Made by a program: the position numbers and the translations under genes | Shown: positions 55,511 to 64,000 of the stretch, one piece after another | How the letters are laid out: each line of letters begins with the position of its first letter | Position numbering within the stretch: the stretch's first letter is position 1 | The notes under the pieces: generated by a model | Seen by the model: the letters and a program-made list of their open reading frames with translations, nothing else | Told to the model about the DNA's origin: nothing | Database searches by the model: none | From: Octopus vulgaris | Lineage: Eukaryota | NCBI GenBank assembly: GCA_951406725.2 | Contig: OX597828.1 | Span: 41,788,001 to 41,852,000, forward strand | DNA length: 64,000 bases | Direction: 5' to 3'

Positions 55511-55860
55511 TTTATGAAAGAATGGAGTTGAACGACTTGTTAACAAATTTCCTTTATTTTCGACATATGTTTCGAAGGCTGCATATTCCTATTCCTGATG
55601 AGAAATCTGCATAATGTACTCTTATTCCTTCGGAATTAGGAATATGCAGCCTTCGAAACATATGTCGAAAATAAAGGAAATTTGTTAACAAGTCGTTCAA
55701 CTCCATTCTTTCATAAACTTATATTTTAAAAATAAACATACAAATTTCCGCACGAAAGCACGCAGTCTATGCCCTAGGGACGTAACTTCAACCGTGTTCT
55801 TTCTGATGTGAATTTGCTACCCAGGTAACGATTATCTTTCGAATTATCCTTAATAAGATA
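55505..55860 (+). mobile_element. Fold-back pLTR mini-element, same family as 4824-6018, with hammerhead motif
   Basis: Arms about 55505-55591 / 55637-55723; CTGATGA at 55595; GAAA-catatGTC at 55655-55666. Confidence 0.85.
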
Positions 55861-55878
55861 ATTCATTCAACTACGCAA

Positions 55879-55944
<66 letters not shown>

Positions 55945-56474
55945 GTATGTAGTGTGTACATATATACATACATGTATTTGCGCATGTACACACACATGCA
56001 TATATACACATGCATACATAAACATACACATAACCATATATATATATGCACTCATATACATAGACACAAGCATATATATATATATATATATATATTTACG
56101 CATATATACTTGCACAGACATACGCATATGGGCACACATATATACATTTATATATACACATGATATATAGCTTTGTAACAATACTTTACAATTCGTCCGG
56201 AACTATTACGAGTTCTCTTATTACATCTGCGCAGGTATTGGGTCCATTTCTAATGTAGATAGATTGTTTCCGTTGTTAAATGAATTTGTCAGTCAATATA
56301 TATACAGCATCTATTATATGTCTAAAGCTATTACTTTCAATTCTCCTGCATATGTCGTCCAGCTCACACTTCAGTCTGCTAAATTACAAAATGAGCCATC
56401 TAAGAATTATCTACATCATCATCATTAGGACTTATCTACATCATCATCATCAGGAATTATCTACATCATCATCA

Positions 56475-56889
56475 CAGGAGTGGCTGTGTGGTAAGTAGCT
56501 TGCTAACCAACCACATGGTTCCGGGTTCAGTCCCACTGCGTGGCATCTTGGGCAAGTGTCTTCTACTATAGCCTCGGGCCGACAAAAGCCTTGTGAGTGG
56601 ATTTGGTAGACGGAAACTGAAAGAAGCCTGTCGTATATATGTATATATATATATGTGTTTGTGTGTGTTTGTGTGTCTGTATTTGTCCCCCCCCCCACCA
56701 TCGCTTGACAACCGATGCTGGTGTGTTTACGTCCCCGTCACATAGCGGTTCGGCAAAAAGAGACCGATAGAATAAGTACTGGGCTTACAAAGAATAAGTC
56801 CCGGGGTCGAGTTGCTCGACTAAAGGCGGTGCTCCAGCATGGCCGCAGTCCAATGACTGAAACAAGTAAAAGAGTAAAAGAGAAAGAGT
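56475..56889 (+). mobile_element. SINE family A
   Basis: Complete copy preceded by three aattatctacatcatcatca-like repeats. Confidence 0.92.
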
Positions 56890-57320
56890 ATCATACTCTT
56901 CATCGTCATCGTCATCATCAGTTGATGACCCTGTCAAGACAGACCTCATTACTCCCCACAGCTCTTTCCATCCGGCATTACCGCGCCAAAGATTCATACT
57001 TAGTATCCAAAATCTTTGTGTCTGAGACTCATCAGTAACTAACCAATATTTGCAAAAGATAATTGATAATGCTGACACGGGTTCTACTCCAAAGCAGCGC
57101 CTTGGAAAGTGTGCTCAATGTTCTGTGGCATGAGTGGAATAAAGTCTGACAAATTTGTTTTAATATTGGAGGTGTTTCCCCCTCCCCCCAAAAAAACTTC
57201 CTTCAGCATATACGTCGAAATACATTTAATCGTTCTTCGAGCTTTAAAGAAAGTGCCCTTACTTTTGTGCCATTTACAAGGGATCTAACTCAATGAGAAC
57301 AGGAACGAAATTAGCTTAGA
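56890..57320 (-). mobile_element. Possible old RTE-like LINE 3' relic
   Basis: Reverse strand ends in a (GAT/GAC)n tail, with a weak LSKALLW-type motif upstream. Confidence 0.35.
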
Positions 57321-57361
57321 AGAATTGACTCAAATCAGCTGTGGCCGTCCTATATAAATAA

Positions 57362-57402
<41 letters not shown>

Positions 57403-57518
57403 GTAGCTGCTTTCTCGCACACGAGCAAGCGATTGCTAGAAAGATCTATTGAAATGCAATGTGAAGCCAATGTATGATTCTTGAGCCTCGCCAAATATTT
57501 ACACATTCTGTTGCAGAA

Positions 57519-57561
<43 letters not shown>

Positions 57562-57603
57562 TATATGTGTGTGTCTGTGTGAGTGTATGTGTGTGTGTGT
57601 GTG

Positions 57604-57938
57604 AAGGTGCATGGCTTAGTGGTTAGGGCGTCGAGCTTACGATCGGGAGGTTGTGAGTTCGAATTCCGGACCGAGCTGCGTGTTGTGTCCTTGAGCAAGA
57701 CACTTTATTTCACATTGCCCCAGTTCACTCAGCTGTAGAAATGGGTTGCGACGTCACATGTGCCAAGCTGTATCGGCCCCTTTGCCTTTCCCTTGGATAA
57801 CATTGGTGGCATGGAGAGATGAGGCTGGTATGCATGGGCGACTGTTGGTCTTCTATAAACAACCTTGTCCGGATTTGTGCTTGGGAGGGTAACTTTCTAG
57901 GTGCAATCCCATGGACAGTCATGACCGAAGGGGTCTCA
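57604..57938 (+). mobile_element. tRNA-derived SINE family E (Meta-like central domain)
   Basis: tggcttagtggttaggg...gagttcgaattcc head; gtgttgtgtccttgagcaagacacttta...cactcagctgtagaaatgggt. Confidence 0.8.
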
Positions 57939-57974
<36 letters not shown>

Positions 57975-58888
57975 GCGCATACATACATATACATATATGT
58001 GTGTGTGTGTGTGCGTGCGTGTGTGTGTCTGTGTATATGTACGTGTATACATCTACATATGTATGTGTGTGTGTCACTGTGAATGTGTTTGTCCCCCACC
58101 ACTGCCTGACAACCGGTGTTAGTTTGTGTATATCTTCGTGACATAGCGATTCGGCAAAAGAGACCGATGAAATAAGTACCAGGCTGAAAAAGAAAGTCCT
58201 GGGGTCGTTTAAATATCGACTAAAATTCTTCGAGGCTGTGCCCCAGCATGGTCGCAATTTAATAACTAAAACAAACAAAAGAAACTAAAGGAAGAACCTC
58301 GGATAATGTAACCGCTGTTATGCAAAAAGACGTGATGGTCACGGCAGGACCATTTTGAACAGGGATTACCGTAAATACAACAGCGATGTGAAGGTTAGGG
58401 ATTCAAATATGGGACCGTCCCCACATCTGTAGTCGGCTCGAACTCACCATCTCAGGTTATATTTTTAGTTCAGTTGTGCCGCCGAATTTTGAAAAGAATA
58501 TAAGTGTGCCGCAAGTGAATAAAGGCTGCGGAGTGCTGACCTAGAACCGGGTATAGATACGCACATTCTCATATGCACGCACACATTTGCACGTACTTAC
58601 ACACACACACGCACGTATGCAGGCACACGCACGTACGCACGCAAAACGTGGCCGTATGTCTCCTATCATACGTATGTAAATGTGTATCACACATCCTACA
58701 TAGCTAGGCATAACTACTCATGTACTCACACACACGTACATACACACATACGCACACACACACACATGCACACTATTGTAACAAACACTACAACATGTCT
58801 GCGAACAGTGACGATTGCCAAAAACTATACAGTTACGCACGCATATACAGACACACACTCACACACAGATTTACTGTCACAATTTATA

Positions 58889-59455
58889 TTGTGTTGTCCG
58901 GAAAGTTCGTGCCGATTTTTAAAGGAAAGAAAAGGGTCAATAAATTCTTGCCATTACATTTTTAATCAACCAAATATGAAGCATTTTGTTGCACAATGCG
59001 TCTCCATCTTTCCTTTAAATTGAAAATACCCTCTTCCCAGAATTGAGGTGTTTTCATGGCAAAGAATTCATCAAGGTATCTTTTTACGTCATCCAAGGAA
59101 TTGAAATTTTAACCATTAAGACTATTCTGCAGAGACCTGAACAAGTGGAAATCCGAAGGAGCAATATCTGATGAATGTGGAGGGTGGGGTAACACATCCC
59201 CGCCGAGCTGCAGCAACTTTTTGTCTGGTTCCCAAAGCATTAAGTGCCGAAAATGAACTTTCTTATCTTCCATTTTAAAGGGTTACAGAATTAACACAGG
59301 TTATAGGAACATAAACCTTCTTCCACGAAAAGATAGCTTAAACTGTGCTCTAAGTAAAGGTGTAGTCAAATCCTATTTTATGGACTCAAACATGTTCTAA
59401 AATAAGACGAAATGTAAGCTACTATAAATCGGCAAGAACTTTCCGAACAACCCAA
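58889..59455 (-). mobile_element. Internally deleted mariner with both TIRs and TA TSD
   Basis: ttgtgttgtccggaaagttcgtgccgattt / aaatcggcaagaactttccgaacaacccaa; MEDKKVHFRHLMLWE fused to DVLPHPPHSSDIAPSDFHLFRSLQNSL. Confidence 0.93.
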
Positions 59456-59579
59456 TATATCTATGTAGCTATGTAACCAGGCACACGGCATATTTTACAA
59501 ATCCACATATTATGTAGTCTCACGCACTAACACTCGCAGCTACACTCAAAATCACCAACCTACATAAACACATATTTCA

Positions 59580-60180
59580 GTTAGACACGCATTATAAATA
59601 AATGCACGCACACACATACAAACACGTAGCTATACACAGAGACACAATCTTACATATCGTCTCACACACATACACATACATAACAACAAACATAGACAAC
59701 AGTATACACAGCTAAAACTACCCTACACAAATACACATTATAAATACACACACACACACAAACACACATTATAAATACACACACACACACACACAAACAC
59801 GCAACTATGGCCACAAACTCGAAATTACATAGCTATAAACCACATCATCTCACACACACATGGTAACAAACATATAAACTCAACTACACACACAACTAGA
59901 ACTACACTACACACACACACACATTATAAATACACACACACACACACACACACACATGGTAACAAACATAAACTCAACAACACATACAACTAAACAACCC
60001 TACAAACACACATATTTTAAATACACACACACACACACAAATACGCAAATATGGCTACAAACTCGAAATTACATAGCCATAAACCGCATCGTCTCACACA
60101 CACATACACACACACACACACACAAACAAATATAAACTCAACTACACACACAACTGAAACCACACTACACACACACACAC
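59580..60180. repeat. Degenerate composite tandem repeat containing (CA)n
   Basis: acacattataaatacac, aaactcgaaattacatagc and taaactcaactacac motifs recur 2-5 times. Confidence 0.75.
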
Positions 60181-60498
60181 ACGCATACGCCGACACACAC
60201 ACGCTGATACACACACACTCATACGATTACACACACACAGATGTCCGACACAGTAGAACGGCTGTGCAGAAGGCGGGAAAGCTAACATCAGAGTAGAACG
60301 TAGAAATACCCATTAATCCAGGGTTAGTGACAAATGAAATCATTTTTCATGCCTTATCTTTGCTGTTTTTTGACAAGGTGGAACTCTAAAAGCCACAATA
60401 CTGACATACTTCAAGACAACTCACTTTCTTCTTTCTTTATAGAATTCTGATATTTGTCAAAGTCACTTTACACTACACTACAATATGGCAGCAGCAGC

Positions 60499-60549
<51 letters not shown>

Positions 60550-60835
60550 GGTGGTGGTGGTGTTTTTCAATAACTACTGGTTTTTTTGTATGAATGTTGT
60601 TTTTCTTTTATACTTTTCGTTAGTGATTTGTTTACTCAGTGTGTGTGTGTTTCTGTGTGTGTGCGTGTGTGTGTGTACGCGTGTGTGTGCGTGTATGTAT
60701 GTGTGTGCGTGTATGTATGTGTGTGTGTGTACGCGTGTGTATGCGTGTATGTGTGTGGTGCTTGTGAAGTTTGTTGCATATCCACTATGCCGTTCAACCA
60801 ACAATGGGCAGAGTAGGTGTTTGTGTGTATGTATA

Positions 60836-60896
<61 letters not shown>

Positions 60897-60995
60897 ACCA
60901 TGTATAATGTCTGTATGTGTATGCATGTAATGTAAAGTATGTACATTCAATATTCACATCCACTATATATAATGCGTATCCATACATAATATATA

Positions 60996-61304
60996 TCACC
61001 GTGATCACTGTGACCGACCAGGCTATCAGATGTTGCTACACATCGCTGGTCACAACGCGCTTCGCATTGTTTTAGTCTTCAAATGACGCCACCCCGCTGG
61101 CTAAGCGAGCAGGCCAACAGAAGAAAGACTGAAAGAAAGTTGTGGCGAAATAGTACAGCAGGGATCGCCACCAACCCCTACCGGAAGTTTATGGATCTTT
61201 AAGTGTTTTCGCTCAATAAATTCTCACAACGCCCGGTCTGGGAATCGAAACCGCGATTCTATAACCGCGAGTCCGCTGCCCTAGCCACTGGACAATTGCG
61301 CCTC
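60996..61304 (-). mobile_element. SINE B variant with a different 3' module
   Basis: Head and body match family B to about 61120; 60996-61118 is unrelated to the family B tail. Confidence 0.85.
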
Positions 61305-61362
61305 CGCTCATAATATATATGCGTGTGTGTAATATATGTACACGCACACACATACATATATA

Positions 61363-61497
61363 TCAAGCAAATCGACCCTGGGACTTATTCTTTGTAAGCC
61401 TAGTACTTATTCTATCGGTCTCTTTTGCCGAACCGCTAAGTTACGGGGACGTAAATACACCAGCATCAGTTGTCAAGCGATGTTGGGGAGACAAACA

Positions 61498-61535
<38 letters not shown>

Positions 61536-61737
61536 CATATACATATATACGACGGGCTTCTTTCAGTTTCCGTCTACCAAATCCACTCACAAGGCTTTGG
61601 TCAGCCCGAAGCTATAGTAGAAGACACTTGCCCAAAGTGTCACGCAGTGGGGCTGAACCCAGAACCATGTGGTTGGTAGGCAAGCTACTTACCACACAGC
61701 CACTTTTACGCCTTACCACACAGCCACTCCTACGCCT
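61363..61737 (-). mobile_element. SINE family A with a duplicated 5' end
   Basis: cttaccacacagccact..tacgcc occurs twice in tandem. Confidence 0.9.
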
Positions 61738-62161
61738 GCATGTATATATAGTGTATATATAAATGTATATTGTATGCGGGTATATTCTGCTGACGTCATA
61801 AAAATTTATAAACTTTCGAGAGTACGTGAAATAATGCTTTTATGGAACAGTGGATCTCGAAGAACATAAAGCTATAAATACTAGAATATGATTATTGGGT
61901 CGAAAATCCCTTTTGGACGAAAAAAAGTCGAGGGTTGCAGTTTATAGCTTTATGAGTTTCGAAATCTACCCTCAAAAAGAATACGTGCGCACGTGCGTAC
62001 ATCTCTCTCTCCCTTTCTCTTTCTTTCTTTTTTTCTTTCTTTCTTTCTCTCTCTCTCTCTCTCTCTTTCAGTCTCTCTCTCTTTCAGTCTCTCTCTCTTT
62101 CAGTCTCTCTCTCTTTCTCTCTCTCTCTCTACCTCTCTAACTATCTATCTATGTATCTATA

Positions 62162-62835
62162 TATGAAGGGAAGTAAAAAATTATCAGCACTTTCGCCATA
62201 ACATAACTTTATTATTGTCACTCTACCTTTTGCGCATGCGTGCTAACAGCTGGTACTATTGTGGTCATGTGATCGAAGTTTGAGCCTGATCGCGCCATCT
62301 TTCTTTCTGGCTTTACAGTGTAAGCATGGCCGCTTCACTAGCAACGTGCACCAAAGAAGAACAAAGAGCAGTGATCCAATTTCTCTAGAAAAGGAGTGAT
62401 CGATGAACAGTGCCAGGTACAGTGCTTTGCTGGCCAAAAAACTCAAACCAACTATTCGCAACAAACGCCAAAGCCTATTTTCGAAGCAAGTTTTGTTGCA
62501 TGGTAATGCACACCCACGCACGGGTTTTGAGGTGCTGGAACACCCTGTCAATAGCTCAGATTTCGAATCTTACGACTATCATATCTTTAGATCGCTCAAA
62601 GACGATCGATTTCCTACGGATGAAGATCTGAAGGAAGCGGTGCATAAATGGTTGCACGACCAGCCGAAAACCTTCTTTTTGGAGGGAAATACGCAAGATT
62701 GAGGACCGCTGGACTAAGTGCATCGAAAAGGAAGGAGACTACACAGAAAAATGACGAACTTGTTTATCGTCTGCTTTTGTGTAAATACATTGAAAAAAAC
62801 AAGAGTGCATATAAATTTTGACTCTCTCTCTCGTA
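62162..62835 (+). mobile_element. Internally deleted mariner
   Basis: MAASLATCTKEEQRAVIQF fused to MNSARYSALL..LLHGNAHPR..FEVLEHP..DYHIF..RWTKCIEKEGDYTEK*; degenerate TIRs flanked by TA. Confidence 0.9.
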
Positions 62836-62900
62836 TATATATATATATGATGGACTCACTCGTCGGAGACGATGTATCAGCGTTCAATATTTGCTGAACG

Positions 62901-64000
62901 AAAGGTGGCCAGCTGGCATAAATGTTAGCACGCCGGGCGAAATGCTTAGGGGTGTTTCGTCAGCTGTTACGTTCTGAATTCAAATTCCGCCGAGGTCGAC
63001 TTTGCCTTTCGTCCTTTCGGGGTCGATTAAATAAGTACCAGTTACGCACTGGGGTCGATATAATCGACTTAATCCGTTTGTCTGTCCTTGTTTGTCCTCT
63101 CTGTGTTTAGCCCCTTGTGGGTAGTAAAGAAATTGGTATTTCTTCTGCTGCTACGTTCTGAGATCAAATTCTGCCGAGGTTGACTTTGCCTTTCATCCTT
63201 TCGGGGACGATAAATTAAGTACCAGTTACGCAATGGTGTCGATATAATCCACTTAATCCGTTTGTATGTCCTTGTTTGTCCCCTCTACGTTTAGCCCCTT
63301 GTGGGCAATAAAGAAACAAGAAACGTTAGCACGTCGGGTGAAACGATTAGTGGTATTTCGTCTATCTTTACATTCTGAGTTCAAATTCCGCCGAGGTAGA
63401 CTTTGCCTTTTATCCTTTCGGGGTCGATAAATTAAGTACCATTTGTGTACTGGTGTCGATCTAATCGACTGGCCCTGTACTTCAAAATTTCGGACCTTTT
63501 GCGTAGAGTAGAAAAGAATATTAAAGGCGGCAAACTGGCAGAAACGTTAGCACGCCGGGTGAGATACTTAGCGGTATTTCGTCTCCCGTTACGTTCTGAG
63601 TTCAAATTCTGCCGAAGTCGGATTTGTCTTTCATCCTTTCGGGGTCGATAAATTATGTACAAGTTGCGTACTGGGGTCAATCTAATCGACTGGCGCACTC
63701 CCTCAAAAATGTTGGGCCTTGTGCTTAGAGTAGAAAAGAATATTAAAGGCGGCGAGCTGGTAGAAACGTTAGCATGCCGGGCGAAATGCTTAGCGGTATT
63801 TCGTCTGCCGTTACGTTCTGTTTTCAAATTCCGCCGAGGTCGACTTTGTCTTTAATCCTTTCGGGGTCGATTAAATAAGTACCAGTTACGCACTGGGGTC
63901 GATATAATCGACTTAATCCGTTTGTCTGTCCTTGTTTGTCCATTCTGTGTTTAGCCCCTTGTGGGTAGTAAAGAGATAAGTATTTTGTCTGCCGTTACGT
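62901..64000 (+). repeat. Head-to-tail array of SINE C monomers with an 844-bp higher-order period
   Basis: Monomers start at 62901, ~63135, ~63319, 63523, 63745 and ~63979. Confidence 0.9.

Noticed and set aside
62403-62702. Active transposase or SETMAR-like host gene (also ORF 699-1001)
   Set aside because: Deleted, frameshifted and with damaged catalytic motifs, inside TIR-bearing mariner relics.

Overview
AT-rich animal genomic DNA that is almost entirely repeats. The SINE families and the extreme (TA)n/(CA)n/(AAT)n density look like an octopus (coleoid cephalopod) intron or intergenic region; this is an inference, no search was run. No host protein-coding gene can be supported, and nearly all listed ORFs are microsatellite translation artefacts. 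Recognisable content: four dead or internally deleted mariner elements, RTE and CR1-like LINE relics, a Penelope RT relic and a GIY-YIG relic, four tRNA-headed SINE families, several MITEs, Helitron-like elements and a truncated 5S rRNA copy. The main hidden signal is a set of unrelated, (TA)n-embedded, often fold-back mini-elements of Penelope type. They carry type I hammerhead-ribozyme motifs with palindromic stem III, some with very long stem II or a variant core. Also notable: an 844-bp higher-order array of SINE monomers at the right edge, and a LINE 3' tail that resembles the tail of the commonest SINE. Degenerate element boundaries are approximate.
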